A stretch of DNA of 63,059 bases, counting the filler, from Pelomyxa schiedti (lineage: Eukaryota; Protista; Evosea), in the NCBI GenBank assembly GCA_020536535.1. It is 5 parts of 5 records of this genome, joined end to end, with 100 filler letters (N's around TTAATTAATTAA, not from the genome) between each part and the next. Parts side by side here need not be neighbours in the genome. Positions count along the whole stretch, not along the records: positions 23,806 to 43,071 come from JAHLWZ010000375.1; positions 43,172 to 53,281 come from JAHLWZ010001278.1; 3 more parts are not named here. One strand, 5' to 3'. A program made the position numbers and the translations under genes. Below are positions 36,720 to 48,560 of the stretch, one piece after another (position 1 is the stretch's first letter; every line of letters starts with the position of its first letter). Below the pieces are notes generated by a model. That model did not search any database and was not told the origin of the DNA. It was given only the letters and a program-made list of their open reading frames with translations.

Positions 36720-38258
36720 ATGCAGCAACCTGTAGTCACCGCCACCACTGTGGCCCCGGCTCCTCCTCCTATACAACAGCCGCAGTGGGTGTTAGGCCTC
36801 GCCAGTGGCGGTCCGTTCACATTCAGCCCGCCGTCTACGGCTCTCCCGGCCGTCTTCTCGTTTCCGACCCCCGATCCTCCTGCTCCTGCCCCCTCCACGA
36901 CTGCCCCACCATTCGGCACCGTGCTGCTGCCGCCCCCCACGACGCCGCCAGCTCTGCCGGTGATCCCACCACAGCAGCCAGCGCAGCAGACGAAAAGGGG
37001 GTCAAACAAGGGAAGAGGAGGAGAAGGAGGCAGGAGCAGGGCGCCACCATCCGCGGCGTCGTCATCGAGGGCGTCCTCGGCGCCGGCGTCGGCGTCGAGC
37101 AGCTGTAGCTCCGGCAGCAGCGGCGGCGGCGGCAGCCCGCCCCCGCCTCCCCCGCACGTTTCGTGGCGCAAGTACGCCCTGTTTCTGCAGAGCGAGGCAG
37201 CGGAACTCCGCCGCACGGTGGACGCGCTGCTGGCGGAGCGCGAGGAGCAGCAGTCGCAGCCGCCGCCGTCGGCGGGACTGGGACTGGGGGGCTGCGCCGT
37301 TTGCGCCGTAAGGAAGCCGTACACCGAGGTCCTGACTTCGTGCATCCAGAAATTGCACGGCACGGCCAGCTCGGCCCTCGACGCTCTTGACGCCCTCAAC
37401 ATAAGGTGCCACGATTTGGCCGAACAACTCGCTAATAAGCCGCCGCCGCAGCAGCAGCAGCAGAATCCCCGACTAACACTACAAATCCCACTATCACCGC
37501 CAACACAATCCCAATCACAACCACAGGCAGAACAAAAAACGCATCAAACAGCGATTGTTGGAGGAGTAGGGAGGCCTGCTCCCCCTGACCAGTTCCCGAG
37601 GGATTCGACCATGCACACTATGATGGCGGCATACCGTAACACGGTAGGCGCAATACAGTACATGTACAGGCACTAATAGTTTTGGCGTTGCAGGACTTTA
37701 GAGCATTATTGGAACAGCTGAAAGAAACTGGCCAAGTTCAGCTTGTGGTGCTCTATACAAATTACATTTTTGAGCAGGTCTCACAAGCAATTGACAAGTA
37801 CTTTATGGGTTTGCCTAAAGAAGTATCTAAATCTCCTTCTGCACATGCTGACTTACGAGTATGGTGTCAAAAGCATCATTCTGTTCTGTTTTCTGATAGT
37901 CTCGGCAAACAAATTATCGCACCCCTGCGGTCCCAGGTAGATAACCTTTCCACCTTGAAGTTATACATTTCTTTCAAAAGGGGACACAATTCACTGAAGA
38001 GATGGAATTTTTTTGCCAACAGATTTACAATGAAAGCAAGTTTATGGTTTTACGTGATCCACAACTGACATATGACACTCCCCGGAATACCTCTGTTTGT
38101 ACACACAACCTCTGAACCGCGTTTAACCTTCTTTCTAGGGAGCAACAACTGTACAGCTGATACTGCCAGCAGTAATTGAAGGTGTATCAAAACAAGAGTT
38201 CTATCCGGCTATTCCCTTGCCATGCATTGACCCTGAGACAATGAGCAGTGACCACTGA
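36720..38258 (+). CDS. Hypothetical protein (Pro-rich N-terminus, short coiled coil, globular C-terminal region)
   Basis: ORF 36720-37676 is followed by exons DFRALLEQLKETGQVQLVV... and GATTVQLILPAVIEG...MSSDH*. No motif recognised. Confidence 0.6.
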
Positions 38259-38419
38259 ATACCCTCACCAAGGGCCATCACCTGTCAGCAAATTTTGGCC
38301 CAACTAGAGGAGTGATCACTTCAACGAAAACAACCAACAGGTTTTCGCCACGGGAAAAGACAAATCCGTACACATTTTTTGTACCCACAAGCCATCCCAT
38401 TGTTATAGCTACCAAACAA

Positions 38420-40255
38420 ATGGCAGCATCGACACCCACATCGGCGACGTGCCCCCAGCCGTTTGGCGTCGCGTGTGCCGTTGACATCGGTACGTCGTGC
38501 ACGGGCTACTGCTACTGCTTCGCGGAAGACCGCGACAGGATCTTTTACAATAAGCCGTGGGAGGGATCTTGTTTGCAGTGCCAGAAGACAAAATCGACGT
38601 TGGCAGTGCGGTCAAATTCGACGCCTGAGGCACTGGATGTGAGACTTGGAAAGGCGGCAACGGTGGCTTATTTTGGTTTGTGCTTTTTTTTTGTTTTATG
38701 TACTGTAATACTGTTTTTTTCGTTTTCCAACAATTGGTTTTTTTCCCCTAGAGAGTCCAGATGATTGGCTTGTATTTGAGAGGTATAAGCTGGCATTGGA
38801 TCCAACAAAGGGAGGGAGAAATCTGTGCCAAGCAGCAGGGTCTAGTGTCACTGCTAAAATTGCAAAGATTATGGCAATAACACTGTGGCACATCAAGAAC
38901 CGGTTCATGGAGGAGCTCAAATCACAGGGCCGGGCCCTCTCAGCCCATGATGTTCTGTGGGTGGTGACTGTTCCGGCAATCTGGGATGAACCGGCCAAAC
39001 AGGTACCTAATCCCAACTGGAAAAATTACGTAATTTACATTTTGCAGGTAATGCTAGATGCTGCAAGGGAAGCGGGGATGACAAACCCTGCCAATACCAA
39101 TATTAGAATTGCTTTGGAACCGGAAGCAGCCTCCTTGTCCTGCAAAAAGAAGATGGCATACCTTGGCTTGCACCCAGGCTCCAGGTAATGATTATTGCCC
39201 ATCCATTGCTTAACTGCGCTACTCAAGGTACTTGGTTGTCGATGCAGGAGGTGGTACAATTGATATCACTGCACATGAAGTGCTGGCTTCTGGAGTCTCC
39301 GAGCTTGCACCTCCCTGTGGCAGCATGAATGGTTCCACAAATATTGACAGAAACATCCTCCTCCAGCTTTATGCTGAGACCAGTTGCCCTACAGGCAGTC
39401 TTGAGGCATCAAAGGATTGGTTGACCTTGTCACAAGCAATCGAGGTATTGTCCTCTTTTTTTTTACGTGAATTTTCACCAACACATTTAGGGAAATAAGG
39501 AGCAGTTTACACCAACCAGGACTATGCCTTATTCATTTCCTTTAGGGAAAGAAATATACAAAATGGCGCCTGCTTCTATGGCACCCTGCGTTTCAGCAGT
39601 AATCGGCTCTGTGGTCAGCGATGTGAGGAACGCAATGTCACAAGTCACAGGGCTGAGATACATCTTCTTGGTTGGTGGGTTTGCCAATTCTGAGGTACTT
39701 TACCAAGAGCTGCAGAAGCTGGAAATACCAGGGGAACTGGACCTGATCCGGCCGGCCGCTCCTGACTGTGCTGTCATGGAAGGTGCTCTGCAGTTTGCAT
39801 TCAATGAGGAACACATTCAGTTCCGCATCGCCCCTTGCAGCTACGGACTGGCCACTGCAATTCCATTCAATCCAGCCTTCCATAATGCAACCCAGAGGTT
39901 CTCACAAAGAGGCAGGGACTACATCGACAATGTCTGGACCACCATCATCACCAGAAACACCAGGACAGCATACAACGTGCCCTGTGAGATTACACTGTAC
40001 CCACTGGATGAGGAGACCCAGTCCATCAACCTCAACGTATACTGCTGGCCCACAGCCACAGTCCCCATGCTTGTGACAGAGCCAGGCTGCAGGAGGCTTG
40101 GAAACCTCTATGTTGAGACACCCGGGCATGGCCCAACAGCAGACAGGGCCGTCAGGGTCGGGTTCTACCTTGGTGGCACCCACGCCTCGGTGTGTGCCCT
40201 CTATGTCCCCACTGGTGCTGTGGTTACTGCTCACTTGCAGTTGGATCTCTCTTAG
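38420..40255 (+). CDS. HSPA12-like atypical Hsp70 family protein
   Basis: AVDIGTSCTGY, WVVTVPAIWDEPAKQ/VMLDAAREAG, IALEPEAAS, VVDAGGGTIDIT and IFLVGGFANS are the actin/Hsp70 ATPase-fold motifs in their HSPA12 form. Confidence 0.85.
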
Positions 40256-40427
40256 ACACATATGCACAGAGGCCATTAAGATCTTAATTGCCAGTAAGCT
40301 CTGTAGAATAAACACTTCTTTCCCTGTTCGTAGATTCAGAAAGTTAGGCCAGGAATGATTAAGACTCAGAGTGTTTCTTGGAGACAATGAGTACCCAAAA
40401 CAACTGCAGAGAAAGGCGATTGACACA

Positions 40428-41692
40428 ATGAGCACCACCGGCGCACCAGGCATGAGCACCACCGCCCCGACGGCGCCGGGCCAGTGCATCGCCCTCGCGG
40501 CCGCGTCGTGCTCCCCGCGGTGCGGGGCCGCCAGCTGGGCCAGGCTCCTCACGCCCCCGCTGCTCCACCTCGTCTGCTCCCGCCACGTCCTCCCCACCAC
40601 CCACGTGGCCGTCCACTTTGGCCGCGTAGCCGACGCCCCCGTCGCCGGCCACGACGTCGAGGGCCACAACGTGACGGCGGTGGTGGGCGTCTCCCACACC
40701 CTCGGCACCACCTGCCGCGTCGTCACTGCCCCGAGCGACGGCTGGCGCCTCGCGGCGTGGGCCTCTGGCGCCTCCGCCGCCGTGTACGAGCGGCGCAGGC
40801 TCGCGCAGGTGCGGGACACCGCGACCGGGCAAGTGCGGCACCAGGTGAGGCACGGCGGGGCGATGGACAGCACGCAGGTCGGCGACGCTGTTCACGTGAA
40901 CAGGAGGTGGCTGGTCAGCGACGTGGGCGACGGGTGGACGGGCAGCAGGGAGCTGGTGGTGTGGAGGCTCGACGGCCTCGAGGTGGATGTTGGCATGAGG
41001 CTGTATTTCTCTGACCCGCGGATTGGGATGGGCGTCGGGCCGGCTGTCCAGTGCAGGTGGATGAAGCTGATGACTGATGTTGTGCTGGGGACAGAGGAAA
41101 CGAAAACGAAGTCGTGGCACTGGTGTATTCTGCGAATCCTGGTGAGAGGGCCCTTGTGGTGGCTGATTTGGAGCAAAGCTGGAATGCACGCACCACGCCA
41201 ACCAGCGACATGGGTCCTATGATGGCGGTGGTGACTAGGTCCTGGAAAGTCCCGCAGCTGCAGCCTTGTTATTATCAGTCTCAGGCATTACCAATCCCAG
41301 AGCGTGATGATTACATCGTTCCACTCGACTTGGGGGATAAAGTTGTCTCCCTGTTCAGTGTCAAATCGGGCTGCGTGGTGTCAGAGATTCCATGTGCTTT
41401 TCATCCCACCTATTCTGCTGTTTTTGACATTGGGTATGGGCTCTTTGGTGTTCACACAACAAAGAGAAAACAGAGTGTGTTTGATGGCAACAGGGACCTG
41501 TCCACCCCTTTTCGCTCAATCACCACTTTGGGGGAGTTTTACCCAAGCGACCTGTTTGGAGGTGGTGGTGTGATCTGCGTGTTCCACAACAGCAACACAG
41601 CAACTCTTGTTGATCCTGAAACATCTTCGATTCTCTTCTCCATCTCTGTGGGTGGTCACCAGATAAAATCCCACAGGTTCTTTTCCTCTTGA
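40428..41692 (+). pseudogene. 'RCG-motif' orphan family member with a 1-nt frameshift near 41100
   Basis: The N-terminal motif is QCIALAAASCSPRCGAASWARLLTPPLL. ORFs 40371-41222 and 41114-41692 join if one G is added in acagag[g]gaaacgaaaac, giving TEGNENEVVALVYS. The C-terminus GGGGVIC..ATLVDPETSSILFSI resembles the 62-63 kb member. Confidence 0.65.
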
Positions 41693-41997
41693 AAAAAAGT
41701 CTATCCTGGAACGCCAGAGTTGTCTTAAAAAAAGCGAACGAGGCCACATCAAAACAGCTTTTCTGCTAATCTCGACCGGGAAGGGGCATCATCGATGATG
41801 TATGACAGCCTGTACAGCCCCGTCACACTGATGAGGGGAAAAATGACCAAAATATGGAGGAGGCAAACCGAAGCCTCCAAGGCACAACCCACGCCACNNN
41901 NNNNNNNNNNNNNNNNNNNNNNNNNNNNNNNNNNNNNNNNNNNNNNNNNNNNNNNNNNNNNNNNNNNNNNNNNNNNNNNNNNNNNNNNNNNNNNNNN

Positions 41998-43071
41998 CAT
42001 GTGTCTGTGGTTGCCCCAAGGGGTTTCGGGCTTCAATTAAGAACTGGCAAGTTGAGCCTGCCACTCCATCGACAAGACCAGGACCTCGAGCAGAGCATTT
42101 TGAGGGATCTGTCTAGGAATATGCTGTTAACACAAGAAATCAGAGAGAATGACATACCGCAGAAAAGGTATTATCAAAGGATGGTGGGGGCCCAAGTTCA
42201 GGGAGTTGTGGTGGTTGTTGAGGTGGAAGCAAATCTGGAAATAAATCATCGGGTATCAAACTCTTTATCACTGTTAAAACCACAGAAAAAGCTGAGTGGT
42301 TCATCATACAGAGGTGTCATAACCAGGGATATTATTTTCTTTTGCAATAGCACTAATGTAGCAGTTTACAAGAGATGTGTCTGGTGGCTCTCGTTTGAGC
42401 CGAGTGACTACCTAAATCATTGTTACAATAAGCATACTCTCTCTTGGTATTGGATGCCTTAGGACTTATTGCCGTATCTTCAACACATTCATTAGGGAAC
42501 TTATTTCCAAACCTGGCCAGAAGCATAGCACGAACCTGGAAGAGTATGTCACCAGAGATTGCTTCAAGGGAAAAAATACATGAGAAATGCGCTTACTTTC
42601 ATCAATTCAGGTTGGTCATCGAGATACGGGGCTGCATAGACTATTGTGCAACATGGTTCCCGGAGATCCGCTGCACACTTGCCCCTGTCTTTCACTTTAG
42701 CAATAATGGTTATTCCAAAAAAAGAGAAAACTTGGTTCCAATGAGGTCCACCCTCCCAAGCAATTGCTGGCACGATAGCGTTACCACGTTCAGTACATCA
42801 GTCATATATTCTTCAACCACGATGGCTCCGGTCTTAGAGTGGAGCGGGAATAATAGATTAATAATGATACCAAGAATCAAACTAGTATTATTCATATCCA
42901 GTGTGTAATAATCTTCACCTTGATTCTGGCCTTTTCGTCCTTGCCTTCCACCAGCAACTCAGCCACTTCCTTTTTGCTTTTTTTGATTGACTCCACGTTC
43001 TTCTGCCTTCTCACTTGTATCCTATTCATAGCCAGTGTGACATTCAATTGCCTGTCGACGCACACGTGTGA
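41998..43071 (-). repeat. Diverged second copy of about 35416-36482 (filactin IST1-domain exons); probable haplotig
   Basis: ORFs 41854-42462, 42564-42773 and 42710-42895 are near-identical to 35418-36053, 35879-36187 and 36124-36309. The copy is bounded by an N gap and a scaffold linker. Confidence 0.9.
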
Positions 43072-43171
43072 NNNNNNNNNNNNNNNNNNNNNNNNNNNNN
43101 NNNNNNNNNNNNNNNTTAATTAATTAANNNNNNNNNNNNNNNNNNNNNNNNNNNNNNNNNNNNNNNNNNNN
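43072..43171. other. Artificial scaffold linker
   Basis: N44-TTAATTAATTAA-N44. Confidence 0.95.
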
Positions 43172-43270
43172 AGGCAGGTGAAATTCAAGTGATTGATGTT
43201 GAATCTGGATTGGTGATCCTCACAATGACAATGACAACACATTGGGCGTACTTAGTGAACAGAGTTTTGT
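43172..43270 (+). CDS. 3' tail of an upstream 'RCG-motif' family paralog
   Basis: GEIQVIDVESGLVILTMTMTT...* matches the family C-terminus (FQVVDAPSGLLIFTITT; CQVIDVASGLPLFTMTT). Confidence 0.55.
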
Positions 43271-43693
43271 AGAATCTACTTGTGCCCTTTGTTTCCTTCG
43301 GTGGGGAAACTGCACCAAAAGAGAACAAAGAGGCACAAAGTATTTTATTCATCTTGGAATGGATGGATACACTTGGGTGTGTTTGTGTTGAGGTTTTTGT
43401 ATATCTGTATTTTTGTATATTTGTATAGAAATGAGGTGAACTCGGTGTGCGTTTATAAAGGATTCCAAAGTCAAGGGAAAGGTCTTGGGTATCTCGATGA
43501 TCTTTCTGTGAACTTGATTTCCGAACTTGGTCACTGATGACTCAGCCTCCGAGTGTCCAGTCTCGAGTCTCGCAAGTGTGCCTTGCACACAGTTTGCCTG
43601 TGTGTTCGCAGAATCACACACCTTTGTCCACCTCGTTTGTACTTTGTTTGTATTTCCCCGCATTTGATTCTACAAAACTCCCCGTGCCAGTTG

Positions 43694-44854
43694 ATGCAAA
43701 TCACCTTTGGGGGAGTAATCGACGCACGCAGCCAATTCATCGCACTGTGTGTCGGGGGGATTGTGGGACGGTGCGGAGCCCACAGCGCGGTGTCGTCGCT
43801 CTCGCAGCCGTTGTTGTCGCTCATTGGCCGCGACTGGATCGTGTTCCCCGCGAGGAGATCTGCTATCATGCTGATCGATTTTGGGTGGACCATTTCCTTG
43901 TTCGTGGAGTTCAGTGTGTCTCCCACAATGGGCCTCGTGGATCGCCCCGCCGTCGTCGACTATGGCGAGAGAATCACCCAGTTCCGTGGGTGGGTTGGGC
44001 CAAAGTCAGCCGGGACCAGGTTTCCGTTGATGACCTCTGCTGACAACTTGCAAGTCATCGACAGGAATTGGAAGCCTGGGAGCTCATTAGAATTGGTGCT
44101 GAACAACACCCGCAGCATGAGAAGTACCAACGTTGTGGTGAGTGTGCTTAGTTATGGGAATTTAGTGGCTGCCAAATGGAGGTGGGTTCTGAATGTCAAA
44201 GAATGCCGAGGGGGGGAACATGCACTGGAACTGTGGGATTTTGGCCAGATTGAGCGCGGCGTGGTGTCGAATGCTGAAGTCTCTTGGCAGTTGAAAGTTA
44301 TGAAGATGGTGTTCCTTGGTGATGACTCACTGGCTGTGCTGCACAAAGGGCCAACTGGGCGAGCGGTGGATGTCATTGACCTTGCGGGAACAATGCAGCA
44401 CAAAGAGCTGAGGGTTGTGAGCCGGTTCACTCTTGCAACAGACGAGGGCTTCTCAGAGTACTGTCCAGCGTTTTGTGGGAATCCAATGTGGTGCTGGAGA
44501 GGAAAGGTTTACACAACAACGGACAGGGACGAGCACCTTGTGTGTGTCACAACTGGTGAGAGAATTCTCCTTCCACTTCCTCCTGGAATAAAGTGGAGGA
44601 CACTGCTGCCAGTTGGTGGTCCATACTTCGCGCTTCATGAAGAGTGTACATCCAACACAGTGGAGGTGTTCAGTGTTATGGATCCAACCAAGGTGTGCTT
44701 CACCCACATTCAGAGTACACTATACACAATGTTTTGGAATGAAATCGCTGTGACAGAGGAAGGTACTGCATTTCAAGTCGTTGATGCTCCATCTGGATTG
44801 TTGATATTCACAATTACAACAAGTTCGAAGTTGCGTATCCAGAGTCTTTCATAA
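43694..44854 (+). CDS. 'RCG-motif' orphan family member A (intronless, beta-strand-rich)
   Basis: Single ORF (open from 43553, ATG at 43694): MQITFGGVIDARSQFIALCVGGIVGRCGAHSAVSSLSQPLLSLIGRDWIV...; close paralog of 45477 and 47181. Confidence 0.75.
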   Translation: MQITFGGVIDARSQFIALCVGGIVGRCGAHSAVSSLSQPLLSLIGRDWIVFPARRSAIMLIDFGWTISLFVEFSVSPTMGLVDRPAVVDYGERITQFRGWVGPKSAGTRFPLMTSADNLQVIDRNWKPGSSLELVLNNTRSMRSTNVVVSVLSYGNLVAAKWRWVLNVKECRGGEHALELWDFGQIERGVVSNAEVSWQLKVMKMVFLGDDSLAVLHKGPTGRAVDVIDLAGTMQHKELRVVSRFTLATDEGFSEYCPAFCGNPMWCWRGKVYTTTDRDEHLVCVTTGERILLPLPPGIKWRTLLPVGGPYFALHEECTSNTVEVFSVMDPTKVCFTHIQSTLYTMFWNEIAVTEEGTAFQVVDAPSGLLIFTITTSSKLRIQSLS

Positions 44855-44959
44855 AATGTGTGGTGTTCACTTCTCTGTTCGCGTGGACAGTGTTGCAACA
44901 ACATCGTTCTTGTAATCATCAAGATCTAATGTTTTGATTAATTTGTTGATTATTGATTG

Positions 44960-45373
44960 TGGTCTGGTATTGAATGCTGAAATCCCTTGGAAGTTGTCAG
45001 TTATGAAGATGGCGTTCATTGGTGATGACTCACTGGCTGTTATGTCAAAATGGCGAAGTGGCCGAGCCGTGGATGTCATTGACCTTGTGGGATTGCAACG
45101 CAAAGAGATGAGGGTTGCGAACCAGTTCACTATTGGGACGGATCCAGAGCAGTCTGGTGCGTGTCCAATGTGGTGTTGGGGAGGAAAGGTGTACACAACA
45201 GTGGAGGTGTTCAGTGTTGTGGAACCAACCAAGGTGTGCTTCACCCACATTAGGGCACCACCGAGAATGTTGTTGTGGAATGAACTGGCTGTGGTGTAGT
45301 GAGGAAGGCTTCTGGGTTTCTGCTCTTCACAATGACAACCAGTGTTGAGTTACTTGTCCACAGTGTTTCATAA
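44960..45373 (+). pseudogene. 5'-truncated, internally deleted family fragment
   Basis: WKLSVMKMAFIGDDSLAV...MWCWGGKVYTT|VEVFSVVEPTKVCFTH lacks the segment found between YTT and VEV in members A and C. A premature TAG precedes a recognisable C-terminal tail. Confidence 0.7.
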
Positions 45374-45476
45374 TATCTCGTTGGGGATGAACTCACTCCT
45401 GAGTTACTGTGTTGTAGTGGTTTTTCAGAGAAACAAAGAATTCATTGAACGATAAATACCAGGAACAAAGCACTTC

Positions 45477-46500
45477 ATGGATAACGACGATGACCCCTCG
45501 TTCACACCTACGTTTTGTGGAGTAATCGACGCACGGAGCCAATTTATCGCACTTGGTGTCGCGGGGATTGTGGGACGGTGCGGAGCCCACAGCGCGGTGT
45601 CGTCGCTCTCGCAGCCGTTGTTGTCACTCATTGGTCGTGACTGGATCGTGTTCCCCGCGCGGAGATCTGTTGTCCAACTTGTCGACAGTGGGTGGAAAAC
45701 GACGCTGTTTGTGGAGTTCAGTGTGTCTCCCACAATGGGCCTGGTCGACCACCCCACTGCGGGGGACTTTGGCGGTAAAACGATGAAAAAGTTCCATGGG
45801 TGGGTTGGGCCAAAGTCAGCCGGGACCAGGTTCCCATTAATTGGCTCTGTTGACAGCCTGCAGGTCACGGACAGGAATTGGAAGCCTGGGAGCTCATGGG
45901 AATTGGTTCTGAACAACACTCGCAGTGTAATGAGCACCAACGTCGTGGCTTGTGTGATGTGGGGAGGCACGGTCTTTGGTTCCGCATGGGCTGAGATTGA
46001 GAAGGCTGTGGTAACTTACTCTGAAGTGCCTGTACCCTGGCAAGTTGTGAAGATGGTGTTCGTTGGTGATGACGCACTGGCTGTTCTTCACGAATCGCCA
46101 ACTGGCCGCGCAGTGGATGTCATTGATCTCGCCGGCACCATGCAACACAAAGAGCTGAGGGTCACAAGGAAGTTCACTCTTGCAACGGACGAATGCCAGT
46201 TTGGGAATCCAGTGTGGTGTTGGCATGGAAGATTGTACACCACCACAAACAGGGACCAGCACATAGTGTGTGTCACCACTGGTGAGAGAATTCGACTTCC
46301 AGGAGTAAATCGCAGGCCACTGTGCCCAGTTGGTGGTCCATATTTCAAGCTGAGTGAACTAGACATGCTCCATAACCTTTGGCAATGAACTGGTATTGAG
46401 GCACGAAGGGACTGAAATTCAAGTCCTTGAAGTTTCATCTGGAATGCCAATATTCACAACCACACTTGGAGGGAAGCTATTTCCGCGCAGTGTTTCGTAA
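45477..46500 (+). pseudogene. 'RCG-motif' family member B with a deletion/frameshift near 46370
   Basis: ORF 45477-46388 ends early (LDMLHNLWQ*). The family C-terminus FGNELVLRHEGTEIQVLEVSSGMPIFTTTL..SVS* continues in another frame to TAA at 46498-46500. Confidence 0.65.
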
Positions 46501-47180
46501 TACTTGTTGAGCGGACAAATTCAACAGAATAAAGCGTCCAAAACATTTGTAACAAAAAACAGTGCCCAAACAACAAATACACAGTGGTTCTCATGTGTTA
46601 TGTTTGCTTATATAACAACTTTGTCTTAACTATTGACACGATACAGAGGGGGTTTATAAGGTGGGTCGGTTCGCTGGTGCCTGTTAGCTTGAACTCACTA
46701 GTTCCCGTGAATGGAATTCCATCGGCCATCACTCCTCACACCATTCAAGGTACTGAAGTTTTCGGTCTCAAATTGTACCAACGCTAGTAGTGTACTCTCT
46801 CTACTGTGTACTTCCATAAAGTACACGAACTCACTGAGTCGGAGGAATCTGATCATCTCCGGGGTGAGAGATCTGATCTTGACTTGCAGATTCGTGATGG
46901 TTACTGGAAATGGAGGCCGAGAGTAAATATCACATGGCGGGGCTAGCACAAGCAGCTGCCGTTGATATCCTCAAGCCGTTGGCTCGGCTGCGTTGAAAAG
47001 TGGTTACAACACACACAAAGTAAAAAAGCAATAAGAACACCCCAACGCGCCACGAGAATAACAAAACATTATCATTATTAAATTCTTGTTACACACAAAA
47101 GCACACACTACTCACTAGAGGTAGTCTACTCTAGAGAGACTACTTTGATCCAAGTGTTCCGGTCTTTCGATTATTGATTG

Positions 47181-48392
47181 ATGTACTGCGTTGGTGACGA
47201 CGAGTTGTATGAACCCGACACAGCCCCCGAAATCACTTTCAGTGGAGTAAACGACTCACGGAGCCAATTCATCGCACTGTGTGTCGGGGGGATTGTGGGA
47301 CGGTGCGGAGCCCACAGCGCGGTGTCGTCGCTCTCGCAGCCGTTGTTGTCGCTCATTGGCCGCGACTGGATCGTGTTCCCCGCGAGGAGATCTGCTATCA
47401 TGCTGATCGATTTTGGGTGGACCATTTCCTTGCTCGTGGAGTTCAGTGTGTCTCCCACAATGGGCCTCGTGGATCGCCCCGCCGTCGTCTACTATGGCGA
47501 AAATATCGTCCAGTTCCGTGGGTGGGTTGGGCCAAAGTCAGCCGGGAACAGGTTTCCGTTGATGGCCCCTGCTTACTCACACTTGCAAGTCACTGACAGG
47601 AACTGGAAGCCTGGGAGCTCATTGGAATTGGTTCTGAACAACACCCGCAGTGTAATGAGCACCAACGTTGTTGTGGCCGGGCTTGGCTACGGTGGCAACT
47701 TGGCAACCAACGGGAGGTGGGTTGTGATTGACAAAGAATGTGTCCTTGGAGGCCAGGCTCTGGCATTGTGGGATTTTGGCCAGATTGAGCGTGGTGTGGT
47801 GTCGAATGCTGAAGTGCTTTGGCAGTTGGAAGTTGTGAATATGGTGTTCCTTGGTGATGACTCACTGGCCGTGCTGCACAAAGTGCCAACTGGGCGAGCA
47901 GTGAATGTCATTGACCTTGTGGGAACAATGAAACACAAAGAGATGAGGGTTGTGAGTCAGTTCACTCTTGCAACAACCAACGATCCAGTGTTTGGCGTGA
48001 ATCCAATGTGGTGTTGGGGAGGAAAGGTGTACACAACAACAGACAGGGACGAGCACCTTGTGTGTGTCACAACTGGCGAGAGAATTCTCCTTCCACTTCC
48101 TCCTGGAATAAAACGCAGGAGACTGCTCCCAGTTGGTGGCCCATACTTTGCACTGAGTGAAGAGTGTACACCAAACACAGTGGAGGTGTTCCATGTTGTG
48201 GATCCAACCAAAGTGTGCTTCACTCACATTCAGCCCCCTCACATAGTGTTTTGGAATGGACTGGGCGTAGTGTGCCTGCCCTGTAGTGAGCAAGAGCATG
48301 AATTCAAATGCCAAGTCATTGATGTGGCTTCTGGGTTGCCTCTCTTCACAATGACAACCAGTGTTGAGTTGCTTGTCCAAAGTGTTTCATAA
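47181..48392 (+). CDS. 'RCG-motif' orphan family member C (intact, intronless)
   Basis: 404-aa ORF, co-linear with member A end to end. Confidence 0.8.
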   Translation: MYCVGDDELYEPDTAPEITFSGVNDSRSQFIALCVGGIVGRCGAHSAVSSLSQPLLSLIGRDWIVFPARRSAIMLIDFGWTISLLVEFSVSPTMGLVDRPAVVYYGENIVQFRGWVGPKSAGNRFPLMAPAYSHLQVTDRNWKPGSSLELVLNNTRSVMSTNVVVAGLGYGGNLATNGRWVVIDKECVLGGQALALWDFGQIERGVVSNAEVLWQLEVVNMVFLGDDSLAVLHKVPTGRAVNVIDLVGTMKHKEMRVVSQFTLATTNDPVFGVNPMWCWGGKVYTTTDRDEHLVCVTTGERILLPLPPGIKRRRLLPVGGPYFALSEECTPNTVEVFHVVDPTKVCFTHIQPPHIVFWNGLGVVCLPCSEQEHEFKCQVIDVASGLPLFTMTTSVELLVQSVS

Positions 48393-48560
48393 TACCTTTT
48401 AATTGTTCTTGTGTTGGTAGGTGTGCGTTCTGTGTCGCATAGGATCCCAGTATCCCTGAATTGGATGAAAATCGCCTTGACAGAGTCACACTTGTACGCA
48501 AATCAATCTGATCTGATCTGTGAGAATCGCAAAAAAGAAAATCAAACCCAAAGAAAAGAA

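Noticed and set aside
41749-41897. Short sequence before the N gap, with a possible ORF start (MMYDSLYSP...)
   Set aside because: It is too short and is cut by the gap; the ORF-track proteins here are chimeras across Ns.
41998-43071. Apparent second, truncated filactin/IST1 gene
   Set aside because: It is near-identical to 35416-36482 and is bounded by a gap and a linker, so an uncollapsed allele is the simplest reading.
46584-47100. Possible small minus-strand gene (LAPPCDIYSRPPFPVTITNLQVKIRSLTPEMIRFLRLSEFVYFME...)
   Set aside because: It is protein-like but has no clear start, no motif and ambiguous splicing, so support is too weak to call.
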